NCBI RefSeq assembly: GCF_001194135.2
Contig: NC_068998.1
Span: 53,103,097 to 53,167,096 of the forward strand
Origin: Octopus bimaculoides
Lineage: Eukaryota
Length of the DNA: 64,000 bases
Direction: 5' to 3'
Positions 38,103 to 51,740 of this stretch are shown piece after piece; position 1 is the first letter of the stretch, and every line of letters begins with the position of its first letter. A program made the position numbers and the translations under genes. The notes below the pieces were generated by a model. That model made no database searches and had not been told where the DNA came from. It saw only the letters and a list, made by a program, of their open reading frames with translations.

Positions 38103-40943
38103 TATATTGGTGTGTGTTTCTGTGTGTGTGTGTTTTGTGTCTTAGGTCAATATATGACAACAGAATATAATTATAACTCGTCTGGTATTAAATTTTATAC
38201 AATACGACAATTTATTTGGTTCTCCTTTAATTAAACTTGGAAACTAGTATTAAATCAGAATGAGCTATGAATGGGTTTTATTCTATTTGATTGAAAGGCT
38301 GTTTTAAGAATAATAACAATCAATGCCATTAACTAGTTCTAATTCTGATTCTTAGCCAACAACGTTAATGCTATTTTTACCAAAATATTTGATTACAAAA
38401 TATATTGCCAGAGTCCGTCATGTTGTACAGAGAGAAACCTGTTTCAAGTTAATAATTTTTATTTTCAATGGACAGGAACAATTGCTTGGCTGATAATGAT
38501 AAATTCTATGAAATACACTTATGAGCTGATAACACCATTCATCTGCGATATTTTGAATTCCAACCAATGGCTGCAATTTTTAATTCTATATTTTATATAT
38601 TCTTGCTTTCACAAACAGACGAAATTTATATCAATGTATTTATGTTCTTATTAGCAGTGGCCGGTTAAGATAAAAGACGACGTCAAATTTTATGAGCCGA
38701 GAACCACGACGCATTTCTGACTAGATATATCGTGTCACTATAACACTGATTATTATATGCTATCCTGTTGCTTGCCAGATACCGAAGCCTGTTGGTGAAA
38801 GACACAGCTTTCACCAGATAAACTGCAAGTGAAACTTGAATCTAAATTATAAAGTTTTCGCTTGTGGAAATAAATTCTACAGCTATATTTATTCATGTGT
38901 AGGAAGATCGGGTATCGTTTTGTTTTGGACGTTAGTGCTTTTGTCTCGAACACATCTCGTTCTCTGATTATCATGTAAGGACTGAGGAGTGATGTTCAAC
39001 CGGGAATTGAAATAACCTTATCACTGAATATCTCTGAATTTTAAAGAGACACGACAGACACCGTAAGACTTCTCGCTTCCCATTAAGAATTCTACCTATA
39101 CATCGCCGTGGGTTACTAAATGATTAATCGTTCCAAAAACTATGGTATGTAAAGCTTATTGTGACGGAATGCAAAACCAAAGCGTAGTTGGGCACAAGCC
39201 GTACTGAGGAACAAACACAAAGGCACATATATGCACATATATGTGAGTATGTGTATGCGTTTGTGCGTGTGTGTGTCTGTGTATGTGCGTCTTTCTACCC
39301 TTGCGTTTGTGTTTGTTCCCATAACCAATTGACATACTGTGTGGGATTGTTTATGTCCCTAGTAACCTAAGGTTTCGGCAAAAGTGAATAATGAACAAAA
39401 GCTGATAGCCTTTCGGCTACACGGACGGGAAAAGCTATTTAATCCGAATGAGTTATGCTAAACAGAAATATGTTCATGAAATAAATATCTGAACTAATGT
39501 ATTTAAATTTAAGTTACACGAGCCACAAAACGTCTTGCTTTATTTTTTTCACTCTGGTTGATATTAGAACCTCATCAGTTGTTTGTCTATTCAGCTATCT
39601 ACATCCGTTAATCTATATAGAGTTGTATCTCGTCTATTATGTTACTGATGTCTCCCGTAGCTTCCTGAAAAATATCAACCGTTAATTAACCGCAACATCT
39701 ATAAATCAAATAAATATCACTTAGTGTTCAATACAATATATCGGTTTACAGGGAATTTAATTTCTAGAAACCCATGTTGCTTTGCAGTATTTGTGAGCTT
39801 TTCTCCATTTTTCAATTTTGCGTTTTTTTTATCGTCAATGGAATAGAGATTTAAACAAACAATAGGAACAATTTGTTTTCGTGTCTTCACACATGATGTT
39901 TCTTTTCATTTTATAGGTCATATAATTTCGAACATACATGCAGATATAAAATATATACAGCATTTCTCTATCCCTGGGTGGTAATTTAATCTTTCAATCT
40001 CTTTCCCTACATCCCCCATATATATATCTGCGGCACGCATACGCACACAAATTTAAACACACACACTCACAAACATTTAAAACATGAATGTTTTGTATGT
40101 ATGAAAAATTGATCTAATTATCATGCGTGTTTACCAATATATACCCGTGATTGTATTCTGGAATTGCATTATATAGAACAGTTATATATTTCTCGTCAAA
40201 GAATTATCATTGAAAAAAAGAAGGATGAAATGACAGCGCTTGGAGGCAAGATATTTTGTGATTTATATTTATACTCTTTTAGGACCTGAGTTCAAATGGT
40301 GCCAAGGTCGACGTAAAATGTTATACTCCCAGAGTCAACTACATAAATACCGATAAAATAATGAATTTATTTCATTGAGTTCTCTTCTCAGACTATTAAA
40401 CTAGTGACTAAAATACAAAACGATATTCCTTGTGCTTCTCACAGTTTTGAAAAACTGACATGATTTTACTTGATGGACTCTTCAACAAACATGAGACAGA
40501 GAGAATACTTCACTGGAATTAAGTACAGCATTACACAACAATAGTTTGTTTAGTGTTGAGAGAACGTGCGATCGGGCTTACACAGAGTATGTTCGAGAAG
40601 GCTGGAAAATGTGTGTCGGAGCAATTGCCATTGTATGTTTTGCATTTTGTCTTGTTTGAACTCTCTAGGTTAATGATGGAAGCGTACTCGTTATTACAAT
40701 TAATATTATTCATTGGTTGGCTGATTCGCACAAACGGAAGAGCGTCTGACTACATTATATTTATTTACAACATTTATGTTCTGAGTTCAAATATCATAGA
40801 TTTCGCTACAGGGTCGATAAAATATAATGTCACTCAAATAATGGGGTCCAAATAATTTCTACAGATTGCAGGCATTGTGTATAAATTAGAGAGATTTATT
40901 ATCATTATTATTATTATTATTATTATCATTATTATTATGAATG

Positions 40944-41135
40944 TAGTGAGCTGGCAGAATCGTCAGCTCGCCGGGCAGAATGCTTACATTCTGAATTCAA
41001 ATTCCGCTGAGTTCGACTTGGTCTTTCGTCAATTCGGAGTTCATAAAATAAGTACCAGTTGAGCACTGGGGTTAATATGATAGACTCATCCCCTCTTTCG
41101 GCCATGTACTGGTCCCGTGCCAAAATTTGAAATCA
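40944..41135 (+). mobile_element. SINE family A with internal deletion, directly after an (ATT)n tract
   Basis: gtgagctggcagaatcgtcagctcgccgggcagaatgctta...ttctgaattcaaattccgctgagttcgactt...ataagtaccagttgagcactgggg. Confidence 0.83.
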
Positions 41136-44100
41136 TTAGTATGAAGAGACTGATTTCCACGTGACTCTTCCATAGTATGAATTTCATCAAGTCAAGTGAC
41201 TTTCAACTAATTTTAAGATTTTGTATTTCTTTCCACGTTGGGAGCATTTAAAACATATGGATGTTATAGTTAATGAGATCCAAAAAATAAAAATATTCCT
41301 GTTAGACAAGAGTTTCATGTATAAAGATATATACACATAAAAGCTACTACCGAATGCGCACAAAGCGTAGCAAGAATAAAAGAAAAAGATATAGTGAAAG
41401 ACGTTAAATAAATGAGATCAAATATAATTAGTATGAATGTTTAAGCACAACCAAACACACATGCAGATATACATCAATTATTTACATATTCACAGATACA
41501 TAGACACACATATTTCAAGCGAAAATTAATAGCTATTTCGAGAGGAAATAATATTTATGTGAAGAATTCTAACGGCGCATTTCGGAAGAAAACAATAGCA
41601 TTCACAGTTGTTTTGTCAAAGGAAAATAATGTTTTTATTGATGGGAGTATAATTGCAATATATCTTTATAGAAATGTTATTAGGAATAGTGAAATCCTCG
41701 ATGTAGACCATAATGCGTCAAAATATTATTATTTCCCGGAACCTACCAAAACATCATTCCTGAAATAAACACAAAGGAGGCTTCACATCTTGATGACTCT
41801 GTTTGATCACAATGAGTTACAAGGATTGTACGCCATAACTAGTTTCGTTGAAAGAATGGTTTTATGCTGCTGCCTCTGCTGACCGAAGTTCGAGTTATTG
41901 TATATATTCAAGTAAGAATTAATTTAGGGATTTCTGCTCCGATAACGTGAAGAAGAAACTGTACAGACAGCAAAAGAAACAGTAGGTTGCTTCGTCAATA
42001 TCTTTAGGGCATCAACAGTCGCGACTCCGACATTGCAGTAGTCATTACCTCGACTTTATTCTCGCGGGACAAACATGAACAAAATATCGTAAAAAAATAA
42101 AACTAATTAAATATTGAAGCACAGTTATAATTTCCAATTTCTTATTCCTTTCGAAAAATATTTAGAAAAGTATCCTCATTTTTCTTCGGATCCCCAGAAT
42201 TAAAAATCGGTCCAGATATAGCTTCTACAACGTAGTTTCTGAAGGTGTAAAATTTCCCACAATATACCTTGCGTTACTTAATTAACCTCAAAATTTTAAT
42301 TTCAATATTCCAATTCTCAGAAATCAAACGAGAATCGTGGAAATTTATTTTTCAAATAAATATAATTTGATTAATAAAAGTTCACAAACTCACACTGATT
42401 TTCTTTTATTTTATTGTTAAAACGTCAAACAACAAAATGTGATGTTTATATTGTACGTGATCCATCAACAATTAAGAAATATTTCAATCACTGAACAAAG
42501 TTAATTTGCTGAGAATGCGGCACTAATGAATCCAAAGCGCCAAGGCTCCATGGTAGAAGAGTGATAAAATTGATAGTATTAAGTTATAATATTAGTTTTA
42601 GAGATTTCATTCTAAACTCTTTCTTTTAATGATATTTCACTGAGATTATGGCGTAATGCTCCCAAATTTATCGGATTTTCCGCACATTATCTCTAACCGA
42701 ATTAGTATTTTGTGAAGAGATTTTCCTCAATCATTGTAATTCTTTTGTATTTTTATAAGAAATTTACGAAAGACATCTCTTTACTTCATCTAATTATTAG
42801 TTAGTAATTATTTAAAAGGTGCCTTCGTGAAGATTTTGGTGCCGAAAATTTATTTCGAAACGTAAAAGCTCCAAGCAATCAATTTAGCAGAGACACAAAT
42901 AGTTTAAATGATTTTAGTTTTAATGGCAATACTTCAAATTTAGAGAAGCGAAAAAAGAAACAGAAAGCTTAACAAAAGACAATGTTTTGATTAATTCTAT
43001 AGTTTTACCATTAAAGAGAAATTGATGCAACAAATATTTGGATTGTTTTTCTATATAAATTCATTAGTTGGCGAGTTGCTTTCCAGATATGGTGATACAA
43101 CAGCTTTTTTTTAATGCTTTAGAACATGTATTTTTATTTAAATGTAACAAAATGTATTCTTTCTCTGTAATTCTACATTTAGATGTAAATATTTTCACCT
43201 GGTCGAGTCGAAAATGTATTGAATTACAAACGAAATGGGTCATAGTTCGCATACCGGTTCAGTAAGGTATTTACGGCCTGAATGCTTAAACATTAATGAA
43301 TTCAGTTTCATACACCAAACAATGATGGAATCAGTCCATTTAGATAACAACTAATTTAGTCATAGACAGGGATATTTCAAATCGGAATATGAAGAATGCA
43401 GAGTAATATGTTTCATTCCATATTGTACAGTTTATGCCAGTTCACCCTATTATTGTCTGCAACGACAGCTAAAGCTCTTTTTATTGATTTCTAGGTATAG
43501 ATTTGTCGGCAAGTTTAGCTTCAAAAGTAAACGTCTATAACACATTCTTTCATCCTAGATACGTAAAGAAAGACAAAGTCTTAAGATGCATCTCTGTGAT
43601 CCAATTGGTTAAAATATTTAAATAATTTGCTTTGTGTTGCTTATAACTAATAGTTATTGTTTTATGGGGTTAAGGAGCAAATGTTCTGCCAATGAGATGT
43701 TGTCAATTCAATACTATTAAAAGTTGTCGTCCTTGTAGTAGTAGATATTTATCATAACTTTCAGGTTCAATCCGGTGATATTTTAAATTAAAATTCCAAA
43801 AGGTCAAAATTTAGACAAAAGCAAAAGTTGTCCATGCAGGATACCCAACACACGGTATTCGTTATGAACAATGGTTTCTTAGTGCTTTGTAATGCACTGT
43901 AAGAAAGATAGGAATACGGAGCTGTAACAGTCTGTCCTCTCAAGACTATTTCGAGATTAATCAAAAATTAAACGACGACTGACCACAGCTTACATCTTAA
44001 TCTCTGACGTGTGTCACGAATTTCTTCATGTGTTGGAAGAAATATTTTTTAAAAATACCCGCGAAAGAAAAGAAAATTCGCTGCTGCTTTTCCAAAGAAA

Positions 44101-44357
44101 GTAATCATGTCATTTTCTCAGTTTCCCGTCAGCTTTCTCAGGCGCTCACCACGCTCTCGTTTTTATTAAAACTGATTTCCCTATGGACGTCATAGTACAC
44201 GTTTCTTATGTTGTGGGAATAGCATCGTATGATTCTGTCAGAAAGGAGAGACAAATAAAATGAATTTCACAGAGAACACATATAAGATATACAAATGAAT
44301 AACGTACAATAAAAATGTATCAAATAACGATATGATTAAACAGTGATTTCGTCTTGC

Positions 44358-44490
44358 ATTGGCACTGTCTCAAATTCACAGGGACGGGTTAGAATCGATT
44401 GAATCAACTCAAGTACATGATTGCTACGTATTTAATCGAATCTAAAAAAATAAAGAAAAAATGTTAAGCCGATCCCGCCAGAATTGGATT
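44358..44490 (-). mobile_element. SINE family A, degenerate
   Basis: Reverse complement resembles the 3' half of the neighbouring copy at 44764. Confidence 0.45.
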
Positions 44491-44761
44491 TTCGAGAGAA
44501 AGAAACTTTGTAAATAAATACCACGATATTTTATCAAGAAATTTACTATGTCTGAATGTACGTCACTTTTGTAATTTAAATAATAAATGAAACATATTGC
44601 ATCTGTCTAGACTGCTATGATTAAATAATTACTTCGTGTGTCTGCTATAGAGAAAATTGTATATCTGGATCGTATTATTCAGAATCACCTTCCTATAGAA
44701 TATGTGCCTCATGAAGTTTCAGAATACATATAAAAATATTATTATTACTTATGTAAGGGAG

Positions 44762-44975
44762 AAGGCGGCGAGCCGGCAGAATTGTTAGCGCGCCGGACGA
44801 AATGCTTAGCGATATTTTACCCATCGCTACGTTCTGAGTTCAAATTCCGCCGAGGTCGACTTTGCCTTTCATCCTTTCTGGGTTGATTAAATAAGTACCA
44901 GTTTCGCACTGGGGTGGATGTAATCGACTATCCCCATCCCGACAGATTGCAGGCCTAGTGCTTATAGTAGAAAGG
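44762..44975 (+). mobile_element. SINE family A, best-preserved full-length copy
   Basis: aaggcggcgagccggcagaattgttagcgcgccggacgaaatgcttagc...gagttcaaattcc (B-box)...gtcgactttgcctttcatcc...gtaatcgact...tagtagaaagg. Flanked by a 16-bp direct repeat with 1 mismatch. Confidence 0.9.
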
Positions 44976-44987
44976 ATTATTTATGTA

Positions 44988-45195
44988 AGGGTGGCCAGTT
45001 GACAGAATCGCTAGCATGCTAGGCAAAATGCTAAGCGGTATATCGTCCGTCTTTACGTTGTGAGCTCAAATCCAAACAGAGTCGACTTTTCCTTTCACTA
45101 TTTTCAGATCGATAAATTAGTACCTGCTGAAAAGTGAGGTCGATGACATCGCCTTATCCTCGAAATGACTGGCCTTGTTCCAAGCTTTAGAATTA
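44988..45195 (+). mobile_element. SINE family A, older copy in head-to-tail tandem
   Basis: gacagaatcgctagcatgctaggcaaaatgctaagcggtatatcgtccgtctttacgttgtgagctcaaatcc...gtcgacttttcctttca. Confidence 0.78.
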
Positions 45196-45209
45196 ATATT
45201 ATTGCCATT

Positions 45210-45345
45210 ATATATAGGTGCAAACATTGCAAGTTCTAGCGGTCACGTAGTTTCGTTTTCAAACCAATATGCAGCATCTTCGGCAAAGATTTTTACTATA
45301 GCTCCCAATCAGTTAGTTATTTGTTCGTGAATTTGGTAGAAAGAA
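45210..45345 (+). mobile_element. SINE family B, degenerate head and core followed by (TA)n
   Basis: gcagcatcttcggcaaagatttttactatagctcc...gtgaatttggtagaaagaaa resembles 21290-21365. Confidence 0.45.
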
Positions 45346-45351
45346 AATATA

Positions 45352-45417
<66 letters not shown>

Positions 45418-46032
45418 CTAGTAGAAATGTAAAATAGTCAAGAAGTTACGTTCAATTAGAACAAACTAATTGATTACCCAATTATCCTCCTAGTCTGGGT
45501 CACACGCTGCTTAAGGGTCACAACTGAGGTATAGACCTGTTAAATTGGAAACACATCGAAAAAGTAAAACAGAAATGGTGGCTGATATGAAGTGGAAATG
45601 AAATGTATGATAAAACTGGTTAAAATGTTGGATGAAACTGACCCCACAACTTCCATTTTTTTTTAGATGCTGTGAAGATTGTCCAGCTATATTTCACAAC
45701 AATTAGCTGTTATGTATCTTTTAGTTGAACGTATGGAAGACGTTTCCTAATCTCTGATTGTCAATATCAAAATATTTACGGACTTCTTGACATTTCAGAA
45801 ATAGAAAGCTGATTTCCATCATATTGCACTTTTCCACGCCTTACGGCATAACTACATCAAATAATGCAGTCTCAGATACCATCTTCCTGTAAAAATTAAT
45901 GGATGGTCAAACCTGAAAACTCTTTGGTTTTATATCAACAGGAACCGCGTTATGCTTGTAATGCTGGAGCAAACAAATGATTTTAGAAAAGTAGTTTTCT
46001 ATTATTTAAACTCAATGTAAGACTAATTTCAC

Positions 46033-46180
46033 ATTTTGGCGTAAGAACAACAATTTTCGGGGGAAGGGTTAGTAAGTTACATTGACCCCAGTACTAAACT
46101 GGTATCAAAGGTATCGACCGCAAAACGAAGAAAGACAACGTCGACATGAGTAGCATATGAACTCAGAACATAAATTGGCG
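46033..46180 (-). mobile_element. SINE family A, partial
   Basis: aattttcgggggaagggttag...attgaccccagtactaaactggta...gtcgac...tgaactcagaac is the reverse complement of family A. Confidence 0.67.
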
Positions 46181-48835
46181 GAAAGATGGTGTACTTATTT
46201 GCTCCGCTATACATTTAAAAGTGAGAATAGAAAATTATTCTCCATCGAGGAAAAATTTGAAAGCTTCATTTCCTATCTTTGCTGTGTTCAGCTACTTTCA
46301 GACAACATTTCAAATTTGCCTTTAATTGAAACCCTTTTTACGCAGATGAAACCATCTTCCTCCATTCACTTTAATTATATTTCAGCTGTGATGCTCTTCG
46401 TCATATTTTCGAATGTCGGTTTAACAATACAGTAATACAAATATTATTTCAAGCAAACTAAATCACATTTAACTGTCACATTTTGGAACAGACTTTAATA
46501 TTATCGAATTCTATTTCGTTCATGCAACATAAAACTTCATTTCAGACAAACATTGTTAATATCACAAATAGAAGGTAACATTCTGATCTCTAGAAGGCTA
46601 CAGGGAACTTAGCGCATATCTGGATAGCAATGCTTACTTTGATCATGTACATCTAAGGCAAGCGTTATGCGAAAACCATTCTATCATTCTTTTGATCGAT
46701 AAAACCCATCAGTGAAATATCTTAAATTCCCGGCATATCGGCAATCTTCATTTTGTTCGATCTAGTAACTCACTTATAAAACATTGCGTTCTTCAACATT
46801 TGGCGAATGAACCTAATTCTTATAGAAGCAAATCTTTGCATCCATTTATTGCCATCCATACGTTCTTCCTCTCAACGAGACATAAAATATTCATTACTTA
46901 GACATACAAGACATTCTCTCTAAAGACTTCTGCTATGTAGAAGTCTTCTTACATATAATTAATTATCGCCACTTTATGTGAAACCTATTAAATGAATTGC
47001 TTGCTTTTAGGCTACGCAACCACCAGGAGAAGGATCTCACAATCATTTTACATGAAAAGAAACTATATTTATCTCTGCAATTTTATATATTCATCACTTC
47101 TAGATAAAGTATGGGATGGGTAATATTCGGCAAAAATAAGCCATCTCCAGTTCGAGTTCATATAATTTTAATGTCTTTAAAACTTGACTTACTCTCTTAA
47201 TTAAACATTAAAAGTGTCATATACGCGTTGCCTTAAAGTTAGAGTGTTTGTATAGAAGCATCAAAAAGAATCATACAATCAGTGTTTTTATTCAATTAGA
47301 AATAGTCAAACAGTGAAGCCAAAGATCAATCACAGAATCGAAAATGCTTCGAATTTATGTCATTTTCATTAAAAAAAGCATTATATTCTCGCTATGTTGT
47401 AAATTGTCCAAGAATGGCAAACGAAATATTGAATTGTACAATGCTTTTCTCTAGTGTCTGATCTTACTTCTAACGGAAAATAAATTGGAATTAATACGAA
47501 GAGAAAAAAAAACCCATTAGCTGTATTCCTTTCTGTTCAAAAGTACTGAAGAACACAGAACGGAACTAAAATCAAAATCACAACTCAGTGAGCTTCCAAA
47601 ATGCATTAAACATTTCAAATACCAAATTATACAAATGTGCACAATTTCTTTCTTTTATTATTATTAATTTTTAGAATTCTTTTAAACAAAAATGCACACT
47701 ATTCCCAAATCTTTCTTATCGATCCATGTTCTAATTTCATATTCAAAGGTCCCGTCTTCCTTATACAGACCGTTTATTCGAAAACTATTTCAAATCATAT
47801 AGGAATATACATTATTGTACAATTCAGAGTTCAATGGAACAGAAGGTGGCGGGTGAAAGGGTGACGAATCTCTATTCTATTTGTACTGTGTCACTGTACT
47901 GTGTTACTGGCGCAATTTAATTAGCGGTAAAAAAAAAGCTGAGAAAAGCTACAAGAATCACACTTGCGAAGGCACTGGTTGACTTCTGTTTTGCTCGATT
48001 AGTCACTGCTGATGAAGGCGTAAAATCAATTTCTTCTATTTGCATTGAGTTTGGCCAAAGTAACGAGTAGTTACTATTTGCGTTGGGTTTCGCCAAAGTA
48101 ACGAATAGAAGAGTAGCTTTCATATCAATCCCATAACAGTGTGCGCTTGTGTTCTTTTTTGTTTTCTTTTTCAGAGGCTGTATACATAAAAAAAGACAAA
48201 TACGAGGGCGTGCATCAAATATCGTTTGCAATTGAATTTAATCACTAGCAGCAACTTACGTTCTGGGCCAAATTCTAGAAGAAGAGATTGTATAATTCTG
48301 ATTAAGTCAGTAGAGGTTGCATACGCTGTGGATACGAGAGATTGAATTGACAACAAAAAGAAAGCTTCAGATGCAAATTGTTTCAATTCTCATCATTTAT
48401 AATTCAAGAACCTAAAGTCAGCAGTACATGCGTTGTCATCTAGGTGGAGACGTGTTATATCAAGACATAGATATCGGTAGACGAATCCCAATTATTTGTC
48501 CAGTAAATCTATATGATATCAGTCCGTTCAGTTTCGGCAGTACCTAACAAATGCAAGGTATTAACTTGGGAAAGGTTCGATTGACTATGGTTATACTTCT
48601 AATTAATAGACACGATCTCGCTCTACGGACTGTTTGAAATCTAAAATCAACAAACGAAAGAAATAACGCTTATAAATACAAATGCGATTTTGTAACAGAC
48701 ATACGAATGGTGCATATCTATAGTTCTTTTCCCTAAGACAGGTGAGAAAGGCAAAAGACACGATTTATTGGAATTAGGTTTTGGGGAAGCACATAACTTT
48801 TAGCTGGCAAAGCTACGTGTGGACAATTAATAACT

Positions 48836-48840
<5 letters not shown>

Positions 48841-48880
<40 letters not shown>

Positions 48881-48937
48881 CACACACACACACATATATA
48901 TATACACATACACACACACACACATATATATATATAT

Positions 48938-48977
<40 letters not shown>

Positions 48978-48990
48978 CTACACACATATA
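48841..48990 (+). repeat. Compound (TA)n/(CA)n microsatellite
   Basis: Visible directly. Confidence 0.95.
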
Positions 48991-50069
48991 TATACAGACA
49001 CATATCTATGTTTGTGCATGCATGTATATCAAACAGCAGGCATTTGAATGTGTCCTTACTTTCATGTCATTACTTTCATGAGTAGTTGAAACATACTAAT
49101 AACAAATTGACGGATCAATTTTTATTGCAAATAAAATGAGAAAAGCCACTTAATGGACACAGGAAAACTATCCTCTGTTAAGGAAAATTGGAGAAGTGCA
49201 CTTAATATAATGATATTAAAAATGAAATGGATGATTTTGATAATAATTATGTTTATTTGTCCTGAAAATAAAGACTACAAAACATGTTGCAAAGGGTTTA
49301 ATTAGATGAGAGGGACGCAATACCAATAGATATAAAATTCGGTAGAATACTTTGGAAATGAACTTTATGCAAGATGAAACATACATAAATAATATATTCC
49401 CTAATGTGTGAAATTAGTGTAAAATCTCTGCTTTCAATGTAAGCTAATTAAGCAATATCCATTATTTTATATAATGTAATGAAGATTTTTTTGGAATTTT
49501 TACAGCAGTATCTTATTTAATGGTTTGTAAAAATTACAAAACATTTGTTCGATACATATTAGGTTAAAGAAACATTTATACTTTTAAAGTATTACGATTG
49601 GAATATAGCCCAGACCGAGTATGATAAATAATAGCGCATGATAGGTAATTAATGGAACTAAGGAACAAACGACAAATCTCAATTACTATCAAACTATATT
49701 TATTACTCCAGACCGTAAAAGAACTTTAACATTTGCTCAAACTAAAATTATTCTGATTAATTGCTGGTTGGTACATCGTATTTCGTTACACTAGCGTAAT
49801 ATTCTACCTAGTATATTAAAGGTCTCTAAGTCCATAGTGTTCCTCCCCTGTGTTAGCAGTGCGATTCAGTCCCTTTTTAATGTTATCTCTACGGAATTGA
49901 TATAGGTATAATACGTCGACGTAGACAAAGCGATCGAAGAGAGAAACACTAGTAGACATATTAGTATACGAAACGTCGCAATGTTCAGTTTTAGGACAAA
50001 GTTTTTTACAAAAATCTGTAAAGGTATCTATAATGATGGATTAAATCACTATGATATAGGAAAACACAG

Positions 50070-50269
50070 ACGCTTTTCGTCTTAGTGAGGGGACAAACAC
50101 AGACAAATATATGTATATGCGACGGTCTTCTTTCAGTTTCCACTCACAAGGCTTCGGTTGGCCCGAGTCTATAAGTAGAAGACACTTTCCCAAGGTGCCA
50201 TTCAGTGGGACTGAACCCGGAACCATGTAGCTAGGAATCGAGCTTCTAACCACACTGCCACTCCTGCGT
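50070..50269 (-). mobile_element. SINE family B, 5' half
   Basis: gacggtcttctttcagtttcc...gtagaagacactttcccaaggtgccattcagtgggactgaacccggaaccatgt...accacactgccactcctgcg. Confidence 0.87.
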
Positions 50270-50394
50270 CTAATTTTGTTGATATATATAAAAAAGAGAA
50301 GCTCATAATAAATTGTGAAAACCGTGTATTTCGAGGCCATTGACCTTTACACAGTGATTTGACCAATGTACATACAAACATATAAGCAATCCTA

Positions 50395-50706
50395 TATGCG
50401 GTTTCGATTCCCAGAACGAGCGTTCTGAGTGTTTATTGACCAGAAGCCCCTAAAGATACACGAGTATTCAGCGTGGGATTGGTGGTGAACCCTGCTGTAC
50501 TCTTTCACCACAACTTTCACTTTGAACCTGTATTTCAAAGGGCGAGCCTAGTCACATTATGTGTCACGCTGAATCTCCCCGAGAACTACGTTAAGGGTAC
50601 ACGTGTCTGTGGAATGCTCAGCCACTTACACGTTAATTTCACGAGCAGGCTGTTCCGTTGATTGTATCAACTGGAACCCTCGACGTCGTAAGCGACGGTG
50701 TGCCAC
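50395..50706 (+). mobile_element. SINE family C
   Basis: Has a B-box-like GGTTTCGATTCCC head. Its 3' ~180 bp (50527-50705) is homologous to the reverse complement of 62842-63004. Confidence 0.73.
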
Positions 50707-51482
50707 GAATGATATCCAAGTTATCTTTTCATTCACAATATTGCATTTGTAGACTTTTATTATCTCATTGTTTCCTTTTTTGCTTTTCATTCTCAGTTAA
50801 GTTTTTGTTATAATATAAGTTTCCTTTAATGTTTCTTTAAAGTGTTAGATTTGTGAAATCTACTGTGATTGTCTTTCAATTCAAACATGGAATTATAAAA
50901 CTGAAAAGAAATAATTAAAACAAAAACAAAAATACAGACTTCAAACATTGCCGAAATCTTGTTTCCACATCATAAAAAAGAAATAGAAGGATACATCGAT
51001 CAATAATGTGGAAGCAAATGCAAATAGCAACAGCAATTTTAAATAAGCGAACAAGCAACATGCCACGAGCTGTAGAAGAAATACTATGAAAAGATCAGAC
51101 GCCAACGCCTGGGAAAAGTTTGTCGTTTCAATTGTTCTCTATTTGAATTCAAGGTATTATTCGTGGCTGTTAAACTTCCTTTAACCACACTAATTAACTG
51201 TCAAAAACAATATATTTTAATTGAATAACATTGAAGCTATATTAAAATTAATATTTAAAAACTTAATTCAAATTGTTGATTTTGACGGTTGGCAACTCCC
51301 ACTGAAAATATACTTTTATTCAAAACGGATTGAAGCTACCATTTTTAGAAAAAAATTGTTGCTACAAATTTAAACTGTAGTTAAGTGAAAGCTGGTAACA
51401 ATGGTAATTAGTAAAAAAATCACCCAAGTTAAAAAGCCTTAAAGTTTGAATATCTAGTAGTAGTAGTATTAATGATTGATTG

Positions 51483-51740
51483 AAGACGGGGAGCTGACAG
51501 AATCGTGTACCTTGGAGAGAATGCTTAGCGGCATTTCGTCCACCCGGATGATCTCAGTTTAAATTCTACTGTGGATGACTTCGGGGTCGATAAGCTAAAA
51601 AAACAGTGTAGCACTGGGGTCGATGTAATCGACTAGTCCCCTTCCCCGAAAATTTCAGGCCTTGTACCTTAAGTAGAAAAGAATATTAATCTAATGCGGT
51701 GAGCTGGCAGAAATGTTAGCATACCGAACAAAATGCGTGA
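51483..51740 (+). mobile_element. SINE family A copy (51483-51687) followed by a second truncated head (51695-51740)
   Basis: gggagctgacagaatcg...atgcttagcggcatttcgtc...cactggggtcgatgtaatcgactagtccccttcccc...aagtagaaaagaat, then gcggtgagctggcagaaatgttagc. Confidence 0.82.

Noticed and set aside
40553-40855. 100-aa ORF with a hydrophobic middle
   Set aside because: Its 3' part overlaps a degenerate SINE fragment (gttctgagttcaaat...gggtcgataaa) and no domain is recognisable.
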